A program made the translations under genes and the position numbers. This document shows, piece after piece, positions 36,525 to 49,859 of a stretch of 64,000 nucleotides of DNA. This DNA is from Eledone cirrhosa (taxonomy: Eukaryota): NCBI GenBank assembly GCA_964016885.1, contig OZ024743.1:291462001-291526000 (forward strand), read 5' to 3'. Positions within the stretch are counted from its first letter, which is position 1. Each line of letters starts with the position of its first letter. The notes beneath the pieces were generated by a model. It worked only from the letters and a program-made list of their open reading frames with translations. It was not told the DNA's origin and did no database searches.

Positions 36525-37041
36525 CATGATGGCTGACCCCCGCTTATCGAGTATGGCCGTTGCATCATATACCATTATTAATAATTATTAATTAAATCTA
36601 TCGTACAATATCTGTGCGTGAATATATTTTTTATATTGAGGAAATACTGTGCACTGAGCCAATTCCACTCTCTGAGCGACAGTAGCTATAACCCGAAAAG
36701 AAGAAACGATCAACATCATCGGTAACTACTGAGCCGCAGGTTTTATATTGGAGTTATCCCAGTTTCCCGAGTTGCCTTCTCCTAGAAGAATGCCCTGACA
36801 AAATCTAGGGAGCCTTCACTCCCAGTGGTTTAACCGCGGGGTACTCGCGTATAAACATATTTAGACACTTTTGAGTTCTTCAGCCCTTTGTCAGGTTTTG
36901 TTTCTTGTCCTGCAGGGTGTTCAAAATCACCCTCCTCACCAAGTAAACTTGGTGGGTTGCCGGTTTAGTCGCCGACGACCCGACCATGCGACAAGTTGTT
37001 CTGGGTTACATGTTACCAGTAGCACTCAAGAGCGACCCGAC
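36525..37041 (-). mobile_element. Non-autonomous RTE-5'UTR-derived element (copy B)
   Basis: Minus strand has CTAGGAGAAGGCAACTC...AAACCTGCGGC. Same 5' start (GTCRGGTCGCTCTT) and 3' end (CAGCCATC(ATGT)n) as copy A, with a diverged middle. Confidence 0.65.
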
Positions 37042-37550
37042 ATACATACGTACATATGTACGCATGGGTCATATCGAACATTAATAAAAAAAATATTCTA
37101 TTCGTTTGTAAACAAACAGCCCAATTAAAGATCTGCCGTACCGATAACCAATCATCATCCGTTTGTTCAAAACCAGCATCAAGGAACAATCAACAGATTT
37201 ATGTGTCATTACCGCTTATCAGGACTGCCATAGTTGAACGGTTGAAAATATATAATATTTTCTTGAGTATACATTGGCTATATATATATATGTTTAAGAA
37301 TTTAAAATAGATTTGTACATGGACATGTCAGGCACTGATTTTGGACTTCTATCCCTCATCGTTGTTTGTACACACAAGGATATCCTTTCGCTCTCATTCA
37401 TTCCCGGCTTCCGAGAATCCTGTGGCATGATCACGCATTAAAATATTAATAATTTGTCTCTTTTATATTTAATATACATAAACATATCGTAAATATATAT
37501 ATTCGGATCAAGCTGTCAAAACGGCCTGTGTTCAGACGTCGGGGTCCTGA

Positions 37551-37623
<73 letters not shown>

Positions 37624-37701
37624 ACTCACTCACTCACTCACTCACTCACTCACTCCCTCTCTCACTCACTCACTCACTCACTCACTCACTCACTCACTCA
37701 C

Positions 37702-37769
<68 letters not shown>

Positions 37770-38549
37770 CGTGTCTGTGTGTATGTGTGTGTGTGTGTGT
37801 GTAATAGGTGTATGTGTATGTGTGTGAGGTAGAGTGTGTTTGTGTGTGTGCGTGTATTCATGTGTTATCGGGGGTAAATATACATACACGTAAAAAAAAA
37901 ACATTAACTCGATAAACCCTAAATGCAAGTACGCTAAGTTTATGTTATGTTTTCTGATAGAAGATAATCCAATGACTTTAAATAATAGTGGTGGCTCGTT
38001 CCTGCTTGAGCTTTTGTTTAGTATATATTCTTATATTGTTATTTCACTTGTTTCTCCGTAATTTATACGTCTGGCATCGTTCGCGACTTTCAGTGTGATA
38101 TTGGAGAGAGTATGTCTATAGTTTGATGTCGGCATTCTTTGCAGTTTTCAAAACGTATCAGCAATATCGGATTTGATAATTATTCGTTGGTATAAATTAA
38201 ACCTAATCGTATTTATATGTTAGCTTCCTGCACCCTGTAGAGGTCAGATGATTCTGGTTTCATATTCATTATATTAGTAAAATTTGCCTAGTTACTTTTC
38301 CACATTTTCATGTAATTCTCTGTAGATCTGAAGAATACACGCTCTGTATCGTATATTGCGATGACTTTTTGGTTTTGCCTTGCTTTTCATCAAGAAGAAC
38401 TTTTATCCAACCAATAGATCCCTTCTTTTTTTCTTTCTTACGATTTGTATTTTATTTTATTAGTTTTTTGTTTCCTATTTCTTTAATAGCGGAAAACTTT
38501 GAGCTAACAATACTGATAATGTATATAATTGTTTTTAAATTAGTGTTTT

Positions 38550-38616
38550 GAACTCAGACCATAAAGAGCCGTAACTCTTTGCTGCAAAGCATGGCGTCCG
38601 ACTCTCAACCGATACT
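38550..38616 (-). mobile_element. SINE 5' fragment
   Basis: The reverse complement matches the head of the 185-bp SINE (AGTATCGG...CTGAGTTCAAA). Confidence 0.7.
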
Positions 38617-40099
38617 ATGCAGTACAATATAATGTTTAACGGTTAACATCAGTAATATCAACATATAACCTGATGTGATCGTCAGGTAACATAATGCGTA
38701 TCTACTAACGTGGTACTGTACATGAAAATCCATCTTACTCACATTAGATCAAATAATTGTCTAAATTTTCGATTAAAGAACGTACTTTCTCTCTATTAAT
38801 CCTTAAAATATACACTTCAAATTTGAACTTACTCTATAAAATACAATATAAAAAATATAAGTGATTAAATGTTCCCACTTATCGACTGCAATTCAAGATA
38901 TTCGTATGATGATAATCTCTTTTTCAAATATGACAATTAATATTAATTTTAAATATCGCGACGGAATATTCAATTAAGTTTCAGGCATACCCCGGCGTAT
39001 TAAATTGTCTATATCTCTATATTTGTAAGCAGTGTGTGTAAATAAATAAGACACGGGGTGATTAGAATTCAAAACATTGTTATTCGAGCAAACAAATGTC
39101 ATACACACACACACAAAAACACACACACATACACACACAAACACACACGGCCACACACAGCCACACACACACACACACACAAACAGTTATGTAAAAGCAT
39201 AAATAGTCAAAGAATAGACAAATCTAACACATATATGCAAAAATACAGTTTTATTAGTTTCATACATACATGCATACATATACATACAAGCATACATATA
39301 TACGTACGAACGTATGTATATATGTATAGTTAAAAGATGGGGTACATGTCCACACAAATCAAAGATTATAGTTAAATTTTAAAAATGGAAAAGCACAGAA
39401 GTGTAATAAATATTTCTATAATAGTTACATCGTGAGAATTTAAGTTTCCTCAAATAATACCTTTTTCGATTTTCTATGGCGATCGTATAACATATTGATT
39501 ATTTCATATTGAAATAGTATGTTCTCATATTTTGCAAGCCATTAAACCTATTGGTATATTCGCTCAAATTTTCTCCTGATGTTCATATTTTTATGTAGTT
39601 GTAGAGATAGGGCTTGACTGGGGAGGATTCAAGTAATTTATTAGAAACTTCTGTTTATTCAATTACAAACCTCATATTATATTGAAAATAAAACTCTCCA
39701 TAGCATTTAGATGTTCTGTCGTTTACGTATATTCGTGAGTGCGTATGGGTGGGATTCCATTGTGCCAAAGGTTCAGGATTATTTTAAAGTCTGTACATAA
39801 ACATAAAAAACAAATGAGTTATGACAATAAAAATACAGCGGTAATTAAGATAGGAATTGATCCTTTTGTGAGAGGGGTTACATTTACCCAATTTCTATTT
39901 TTTTTTTTACGTCTGAAGGTCTGATGAAATTTTGTGAAGAAATAAATCCTTTAATGGAAATGTTAATTTCTAATCATGGAAGGCACCTGTTCGTAGTGCA
40001 CTGTTTTAGAATCGTTATAAATTATCTTTTTTTTTCATACTATATGTGTGTGTGTGTGTCTGTCTGTGTGTGTGTGCATAAGATAAAGCAATCATCCAA

Positions 40100-41450
40100 A
40101 TATTTTTCTCAGTTGCATTTTACATGTGTTTAAAATATTTCTCCAAATAACAGTAATTAATGATTGAAAATAATTTTCTCGTGGAATCCCCCCAGTAAAC
40201 TGGCGTTTGCAGGTGGTTATGTTCATGCACGTTGCCCTCTTGATATCGCTGTGTGTAATTTTAGTCCATAAATAATGAATTCTATTTTGATTGATACTAG
40301 TATTTCGCATTGGTATGGGTCTAGCCCATATTAAATTACAGTTATTCAATATTCATGGGCAATGTTTGTATATAATTTCAAAAGGTCGGACATTGTGTAT
40401 TAGCTTACTGTCATTGGCCGATTATTCAGCATGTCTACATCATTTTATACGCAACTCTGTACATAGTTTAAGATGGTTTAGAATAATTTCTAGAAAGTTA
40501 CTAAATCTTTCGGAAAATATCAATTTTCGTAGTGTGAGTGTACATTTCAATCCTTTAATATGTCTATTTCAATGTTTGTTAATGCCTTTCTTAAAATATA
40601 TTTACCTTCAGTGTTTCATGTATGGAAGCCATCCTGTGTACCTGTATTTCTGTATTTGTTCTAAAAACGATTGTTTTTTTTTTTAGGTCTACAGTTATCT
40701 GTTGTTCATATATTTTGTGTGGTTATATGTGTCGAAATATTGTAGGAATTATTGCAGTGGGTCCTCGAGTAAGAATGCTGTTAGAATTTCAGTTAATCTG
40801 GTTGCATATCATCTAAAATTCGAGCAGTTTATATTATGGGGTTGTCCTCTGATGTTTGATTTGAAATCTGATTCTGTGGGAGATTGAATATGTTTCCTAT
40901 TCTTGGCTGTGTTATTTTTCGTTTGTCTGAGAGGAAGAAGTAATGGAAATTATGGCTATGGTTCAGTGTGTTGAGTTTGGAACAGTGATTGCTCCTGCAG
41001 AGAGTTTTGTTCATTCAATTTCTGGAAGAAGGTTTTGTCCGAATGGACTATTTTCATTTAAATATATTTCGTATTTCAGGAATCCATTTTCAATTTTTTT
41101 TTATTGAAGCCAAATGAGTTTTGCTTTCTTGCAGTTTTGTCTAGAGAGTTTTAATAATTTTTGTTTTATTTTCTTTTCTTTTTAAGATTTTTCCCTAATT
41201 ATTTTAGCATATTCCACAACCATTACATCATGAAATCGTTTTTAGCCTTGCTAAATAGGATTTAATTCTAGATCTACTTGCATATAAAACTTTATTAAGC
41301 GAAATTTGTTTCTGTAGTTCTCTTTGTTTATATACCAGTTTGATATCGATTTTCGTTTGTAATTTTCGAAGTAAGATCTGTTGAGATGAGTTTATCCATT
41401 TTGTTAGATACCAGCTATGTACCTATGTTTAGCCATTCTTTAGAATGTGA
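40100..41450 (-). pseudogene. Very degraded LINE RT remnant
   Basis: Minus strand near 40630-40665 reads LEQIQKYRYTG, resembling the RT 'ieqv..fkYLG' motif. Otherwise eroded, boundaries uncertain. Confidence 0.3.
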
Positions 41451-41589
41451 ATTTTCTTGAAAAGATATTTAGGTAAACAAACTCGTTGTAGGTGGAGAAA
41501 ACTTTGAGAATCTCAAACAAATCAATAACGAATGTTAGATAATAAAATAAGTACACATATATGCTACTGAAATTGCAACAGTGTGCATT

Positions 41590-43140
41590 TATGATATTTG
41601 TGTGACATATATTTGATGAGATATGAAATATATCTAGAAATATAAAATGGCTGAGCAACATCGAAACGTGACATTTGATGAAACAGTTGTTCGATGAAAG
41701 ATTATGCATATTTTGCTAACTATCGTAGATGTATATTTAATGATATATCATACATGCGTGCTTCGTGAGACAAATATTTGATGACGAATCAAAATTATAA
41801 ATAGTATTAATTAAAGCTGGTTGAACTTGCTTTTTTGATTAACCATAAATTTTGATGGATAATTATATGACAATTTTGACGTAACAGATATTTCAGAACT
41901 AAATATTTTAAACATAAGGTACATGAAAATGGTTAATCAATATTTTTGATGAAAATGTTGAAAGAAAATGGTCAGTAAAATATTTGTGGATACGTATTTA
42001 TTCGTGAAAATGTTTAGGAAATAAAATGATCAACATGTATGGTGGAATATTTTGATGGATAGCAACGATGAAAATGCTTTCGGCAAAATATAGTTTGATA
42101 GAAACATTTTAAGAAACATAAATGTAGAAGTGAATATATTTGAAAACATACTCGTTAAAAAATCAAAGTCTGAAGATATATTTGTCATGTAAATATTTCA
42201 TGAGACATGCGGGAACACACGGAAGTTTTTAGAGAAACGATTTGGCATTAAACATTAATAATATTTGGAAGAAAATGTTGATTAAACATACATATTTGAT
42301 ATGTGTAATCAAACTTTGCGATGAAAATATTTGAGTAAATTAACATATTACAAATATTTTATGTAAATATATAAATAATATTTACTTCGGGAAAACTTTG
42401 AAACAATATATTTATGAAACATGCATTATGAAGAGGCGGTGGATTGGCAGTATTGGTATAGTGTCGGATGCCATGCTTTGATGCATATAGTTACGGCTCT
42501 TGCCATTCTGAGTTCAAATCCCGCCGAGGTTAACTTTGCCTTTCATCCTTACGGGGTCGATAAAATAAAGTACCAGTAATACACTGGGTAATTGCTGGTC
42601 TTGTGCCTAACATAGAAATAATTATGAAGATGAACATATTGATGAAGCAAAATAAAGGAGAGAGTGTGGATGAAATAGAGTGATGAAAGTATTTGATAAA
42701 ATGCTTCGTGTAAATATATAATGTATACCGAATAGCTCATATATGTATGTTTAAGAAAGCAAACTTCTAGTATACAATTATTTAGATAAAATATATAAGA
42801 TGAATGTAAATGTTTGATGCAACAAATATTTCGAAATTTATATTTAAATCAAAGTTTGATGAACGACAAATGGTTCAAGTAAACGTAATTCAATGAGTTC
42901 TATACTGAAGCAATTTATTATCAACCAAATGTTCCTTAAAAGTTATGAAAATGCTTGATGAAAAAGGAATATGTATCATCGAAGAAAATATTTGATGCAT
43001 TGAATATGAAAATATTTGATGAGCCTGAAATTACAGGAATCATTTGAAAGATGATTTTGATGAAGTGGACAATGAAAATGTTAAATGAATAGTAAATGTT
43101 TGATTAAATTATGTGAGAAAACAAATATTTGATGGAATAG
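41590..43140 (+). repeat. Decayed minisatellite-like array of ATATTTGATGAAA variants
   Basis: More than 20 same-strand variants (e.g. ATATTTGATGAG ~41608, ATATTTGATGAC ~41774, ATATTTGATGAG ~43012, ATATTTGATGGA ~43125). Interrupted by a SINE. Confidence 0.55.
42435..42620 (+). mobile_element. tRNA-derived SINE (same family)
   Basis: Full-length. TSD ATTATGAAGA at 42425 and 42621. Confidence 0.92.
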
Positions 43141-45169
43141 TAGATTACGTAAATAAATATATGGAACTAATTATACAATGATTCTGTAAATTACATTTAT
43201 CGATGATTCATCATGATCATCTTCCTCGCCTTACATCTACTATTCCATGCTGACATGTTCTGCACCTTATCTGAGGCAATGTTTGAGGGACGAACGCCTT
43301 CCCTATCACTAATGTATTTGATTACCTAAATTATGTGACGTTCAAAAACATTCCAGTGGAGGCGTACTTAGTGGAAGCTTACACCTTAAGAGGAATTCTA
43401 AAGTAAATAAAACTGCAATGCATACAATATCTAACCTGAATAAAAAAACCCCAATAGATTGCTATTTGCATGCATGAACATTTCTGACCTTCAATGTATT
43501 TTCTTATTTTAATTCAAATTATTTTACTATCAGTTGTCTCTTTCTGTCGTCTTTGATAAATATTGGAAACGATACTTTACGACAGTCCTTGAAAATGCAT
43601 GATTTTGAAGGAAATTTAAAGATGTATTGATAATAGTAATATGCAACAAATATGCTTCGCTATTTTGACATTTATATTAATTGCCTCTTATAAACCGTAA
43701 TCTATTCAATTGAATAAAACATTTCCGCAATCCCGAAAATTTGCATAAATGTGTGTGCGTGTGTATATCAGAATTTTATCTTACCATATAATTGAGAATA
43801 CGTTGCAGATAATTAAATATGATGCAACTGACAACATTTTACAACAGTTATATAAAAGTGCGTGTGTGCATTTTTTAACAATACCCTTAACTGAATAAAG
43901 CATATGTAATGCATCTAATAAAATACAGAAAACGAATCAACATACTATACTTAACTTTTATTACTGTTTGAAAATTTCAATTCTAATGCAATTTAAACAA
44001 CGATTAACGAATGGTTATATGTTTTTCAATGCTAAGTGAGATATTATTGCCGTATATTGATATGCTTGTAAAATAGCATTTACAAAATTCTATTTTGTAA
44101 ATGTTATTTATTGGTCATGTTGCCTATTTCCTTAAAACAAACCAGGTTTCATTTCGCTGTTGTAATATATATGAAGCGATATGATATAATGCCTGGGTAA
44201 AAGTGAAAGTGGGTGTAGATATAATGGCATATAAACACTCTCTAAATATATTAACAGTAACTATCAATATACGAAGAAGAACAACAAATATACCAAACTT
44301 TAATACAAAATCCAGACACTAACATTTAATATGACTATGTGTTAGCAATATAAGTGTTTCAAATAAAGTCAATGTTCCAAGCAAGAACTACAATGTAACA
44401 CATATACGAGGAGCAACATTATTTGGTGTAACACAGCCTTCATGGAAAATCGAAAAAAATAATATATATTTGGGCATTTTAAAGTCTAGTTCAAACATAA
44501 ACGACAAAAATATACATGAGCTAGAGATAGGTGCGATGTATTTCTAAGCAAAAATAACAAAAAATAATGTATTGATCCTACAGCAGGTAGGAAAATATTG
44601 GAATGATAATGTGCTATTGTCGGATGAAATGAAAAACATATAATTGTAATAATACGGCGTAAAAACCATATACTTATATAAAAATACTAAACAACTGTAA
44701 TTATATGCAAACTCTAAAACCCCAGGCTTGTAACACGGACATCGTCTTTTAGTTGTGTTTGGTGCACAGAGAGCTTTAGGTATTGCACTCTCAGTCTTAA
44801 GGTAACATACATCATCCAGCAGAAGAGGAATGCAACAGCTTTGTCTATGTATGAATTTCACTTGAAAGTACGGTTTTTACTGAATATCTGAACATTGTTT
44901 CCTCAATAAAAGAATATAACAAATATATTACTACCAAGTATGCACTTCAGACAAATACAATATATTAACATGAAATGTTAGACATAATAACATATGTAAC
45001 GAAAAGTAAACAATTATAAGACAAAACGTGTGCCTGAAAAATAACCTCGACATTGCAAATTACAACAGCCAAATGAAAATACATATATCTAGTGTATATG
45101 AAATATACTGAAACTATTCAGCACCATCGATAATTGCATTACGCGAGAAATGAGTTCACACAGACACTG

Positions 45170-45358
45170 AGTATTGGTGGCCGTATCGGTTGAGGGTCGG
45201 ACGCCATGCTTTACAGCATATAGTTACGAACATTTATGGTTTCAGTTCAAATCCCGCCGAGATTAACTTTGCCTTCCATCCATACTGGTTCGATAAAGTA
45301 AAGCACCAGTAATACACTGGCATAATTGCTGGCTTTGTGCCAACAGTAGAAACAATTA
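45170..45358 (+). mobile_element. tRNA-derived SINE (older copy)
   Basis: Diverged full-length match ending in GTAGAAACAATTAT. Confidence 0.8.
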
Positions 45359-45984
45359 TTTCATTCAATGCGAATTAGCGAGTTAGATTAAGCAAAACTT
45401 AAAATACACTCTTTGCATCTACCAATGAACAAAAAAAGAAAAAATTACTAAAGATTTCAATATATAGTTATATAGAAATAAAATATATTTAGTCGATATT
45501 CGTTCTCCGACGTATCTGGCTGCAATTTCTGACCCTTTCCTGAGCGGTGAAGCGACAATGAAAGCCAGTCCATTGCATCTCCTGTTGGTATTTTTTTATT
45601 TTATTTCGGTAGACTGGTGTAATAAGAAATATACTAAAGTGATTTATGGCACATAGTGATTTCGCAATCGAAACTATATGTTACAACATTAAGAGTATCA
45701 CTCTAAGCCAAAGCACTGAGGAGTTCTCCTATCTCATATTTCAGCTCAATCAGCTCTGATTTGAATTAAAGATAGAAAACTGCACCAATGGTATTATAAG
45801 TGAATATTACGCAAATATTTATTAATAAGCATGTCCATTGTTACAGAATTTATCTGTTGCTACCGTCTATTTTACAGGCTACACCAAATATGTTTGGCTG
45901 ATATTTTATATAATTTCACTAGCACTAATATGCCCCATTTGTTTCTTTTTCTTTCTTCATAGAACATCTAAGGTTCCTCTCCCT

Positions 45985-46480
45985 TAGAATCTCTCAGCCT
46001 CCACCCGCTATCCTCTCGCTACAGTGCCGGCTGCTTCCACACCATGCTGCTGTCAACGAGATCATAAAGCATGGCTTTGATGCTGCAACCTACCCCTACC
46101 AACTAGAGCTGTATGGCTGGACCGAGGGAATGGAAAAAGGACAGATGGCAGGACCACCTTGGCGTTACGCGGTAGTAAAATCCTCATCTGGGATGCCACA
46201 TGCAGCGACACTTTCTCCAGTGAGTGCAGTCTGCCACTAACCCAGGCTCTGCGTCACTTCCGGCTGTGAATGGTAAACACTCCAAATATCGGTCGCTCCC
46301 CGACAGGTTCGCGATCAAGCCCGTAGCGATTGAGACATCTGGTGTCTTTGACCCTAGACCCATCTCTCCGCTTACTACCACCGGCACGGTTTGGCAACTC
46401 GCAGATTTTAGCCTCGTGGCCTGGAATGGCTCTTCCAACGCGTCTCCTTCACCATCCTCCAACGAAACGCCTTCTGTATT
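45985..46480 (+). mobile_element. CRE-like RLE 3' fragment (related to 10540-11350)
   Basis: VNEIIKHGFDA, DGRTTLALRGSKILIWDATCSDT and KYRSLPDRFAIKPVAIETSGVF. Confidence 0.78.
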
Positions 46481-47342
46481 CTGATTATAATAGTTTGAGT
46501 TGGGAAGAGCGACAGACGGAGGTAGTGACAATGGGAATTTGATTTCATTATGTTCAGACCTAATAAAAATATGTGTATATTTATTTACCACACCGCATAT
46601 GTAGTGATTGCAATGCTACTCAGAAACACGGTAGTTTCTACAACAGATTTGTGTAACGATATTTCTCTTACAAAAACAAAAGAACAAAATAACCTTTGTG
46701 ACACTCATTGCACGAACATTCGAATTTTAACCATGAGGATTATATGCATACACATCTAATGTTACCAAAATAGATATCGTTATTGTATATATTTCCCTAA
46801 GTGTAAGTCGATTTGTAAAGCAGTAAATTAGTTGGAAATTGAGAGATGATGTCTCAGACAATGCCTGAAGAATATGTTGCTATTCCCGTTTGAATTACTT
46901 TTGAAAATGTGTTGAATAACGGAATTTTACTATATTTTAGTTATCTAGTAATTTTCCCTGAAATGTACGTACACAAATATATGAATGCTCCCTCCATTGT
47001 AGATTAAATTAGAAGTTTTAGATAGATCACCGTTTGCTCACATTTTATGAATTTTATTAATAATCTCATATCCCATGATCAAGTAAAACAAAAAAAGTGA
47101 CATCATATTGATGTGTTCTAATATGAATGTATTTTAATAATAAAGAAAGAAATGTAGATAACATTTGTTTTGAATGATTGTTTCAGCATAAGATTATTTT
47201 TATGAATTTATATATGGAAATTCATTTTAAGCTCAGCTTGATATTAAAAATTCGTTTCATATATTGTTTCCTATTAATTTAACATGTTATTTCCGATATG
47301 AATACAGGAAAAGGAAATGGTATATTGCAGAAATATATATAG

Positions 47343-47430
<88 letters not shown>

Positions 47431-48420
47431 CCTTTACCGTACTTTCTCGCTAGCAGTGGCAGAAAATTTCACCTCTCGTGTCCAGAGAGCTCTATGCTAT
47501 TGATGTTCGGTTTGGATTGTTGTTCATCACAGGGATACTCCTTACATCTACTCAGATATTTATAGAACCAGAGTAATATGTGCATCGATGAGATCGGAGT
47601 AAATGACACATCATGATTGTAACAAAAATATATGTGCCATATACTTATTAGCGTGTTTGGCCGTATGAATAATCTATAGTAAGATAATTTCCAACAGTAT
47701 CATTAATATGAAAAAGGTTTCGTAACCTCAAGTAGTGGTAAAATATATACTGTGTATAAATTGTATTGTTTAGACAGTGAACTGTAATAGTAGGTTTTGA
47801 TCACATATGGAAATTCACTGCATAATAATGATAATTAATCACGGTGACAGCATTAAATCGGCATTAAATCGACATACGTTGTACCCGTGATGGATATACG
47901 CAATTCTAAAAACCTAATTCTAATTATTTCGATATCTATTATTATGTGGATTCGTACATCTGTGTATGCAATTGATGCAGTATCAGTAATGAATCAGCTG
48001 ATTGTAGGCATGTTTACATGAATAAAGATGTGTCGGAGGACACACAGGATCATATGTAAGACCTATACAGGCGTTTGAAGAATTGATAGATTTATACTAT
48101 GATCAGACAAATGGTTCACTCTTAATTTAAATGCCCAACCTCTGTAATGAAGAAGATAAATAAAGCTATGATCTAGGTCTCTCACTCAGCCTTTCCTACA
48201 CTTTTCACTGACAATTATTTGATAGGCAAAGGCTAACGAACGAAGACTTGTGCCAGTGTTTATTGACAATATCAAAACTCGTAAACAGATGGTATTGTTT
48301 GCTATTTTTACACGAATGGATTATTGAAACCTATGATGAGAATCAAACTAAAACATTAAAATATGGATAACAGTATAAACGAAAGTTTCACATGACTCAT
48401 TCGTAGTGAACTGTAATAAT

Positions 48421-48605
48421 TGTTTCTACATTTGGCACAAGGCCTGCAATTACGTAATGCATTACTGGTACTTTATTTTATCGACCTTGTAAGGATGAAA
48501 GGCAAAGTTGTCCTCGACAGGAATTGAAGTCAGACTGTTAAAGGCCGTAACTCTATGCTGCAAAGCATAGCGACCGGCCTTCTACCGATACTGCTAATCC
48601 ACAGC
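48421..48605 (-). mobile_element. tRNA-derived SINE (same family)
   Basis: Full-length on minus. TSD AGTGAACTGTAATAAT at 48405 and 48606. Confidence 0.88.
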
Positions 48606-49859
48606 AGTGAACTGTAATAATAGGTTTTGATCACATATGGAAATTCACTGCATAATACTGATAATCACGGTGACGTACATTTTTCAACTTTACAACGATT
48701 TTCTTGTAAGCGTCAAGTTTCATTTTGTCTGCATCGACTATAATACCTCAACTTATTTACCGTTACGTTTGCCTTACTGCAAACAAACAACTTTAGGTAT
48801 TTAAAGAAACAGATATTTCTGTAATATCAAATAAAAAAAAAACAGCGATACAAAAGTAGTGAAGGGAAAATACGAAAGGAAAAAACAACAACAAAAAAAA
48901 ACAACCTCAACCCTTGTGCACCAAGAAAAAACACAGCATGAAAACAATGAATAAAGGTAGCAATTTTAACTATGATCTATTAACAGCATGGATACCTATT
49001 CATAATGTCCGATGCTATCTCATTTCAGATTCTTCCGACAAATTTAGGTTTCTCTCCCCTTTATTTATTTTAATTATTTTAATTTTATTTTTAATTCTCT
49101 CCTTATTTATTTATATATCAATTTATCAATTTACTTTTTACACAATTCAAATGTGTTCTCTCACTCTCTCTCTCCCTTTCTCCTCCTCTCTCTCTCCCCT
49201 CTTCCTTTTCCTTCTGTTCATTGCACTATTATAAAATCTACCAGCCTATTAATTTATCTCCTTCCCACGCCTTAACTCTCCGTTTATGTCTCCCACACTC
49301 TATCTCTCCATACATCTATATAATACTCCTATGCATAATTTCATGTCTATCTCCTACAACCTCCTCTTCCCATCCCATTTCTATTATCATTTGAGTCCTT
49401 TGAATCCGTTTTTCAGAGCATGCTTTATTTATTTTACATCTGTTTCTTTCTTTTTAACTTAATCCTTTTCTGCCTCTCTCGACTTGTATTTTACCCCCCT
49501 ACACAATCACATACAATCTCTCTTATCTTCGGTTTATTCATTGTTCGTACATTTTAAATTTCTTTTTTCTCATTTTTGTATTTCTCTTTTCATTGCGCAT
49601 ATCACACACGCAAACACTCACTAACACATACGCACACACACACAGACCAGATTCATTTCTATATTTTACAAATATTTCCTCTCAACCCAATCACTGAGCC
49701 TTTTCAATATCACAAAACTTGCCTCATCAATATTGCGACACCACTCCCCACCTACTTCTAAGAAGCTAATTTTAAGTAGTTCTAAGAAGCCTCAGTCCGA
49801 GAAAAATAACAACACCACCCCATCCCACACAAGAAACTACATACAGCGTATTTTCCACC

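Noticed and set aside
36955-37041. HDV-like or twister ribozyme at the RTE-derived 5' end
   Set aside because: It has GG-P4-CUAA-like features, but no consistent P1/P3/L3 nested pseudoknot or twister loop consensus could be built in both copies.
44544-44861. Cys-rich ORF (TKRRCPCYK) as a host exon or CXC domain
   Set aside because: The motif is incomplete and isolated, with no supporting exons or splice context recognised.
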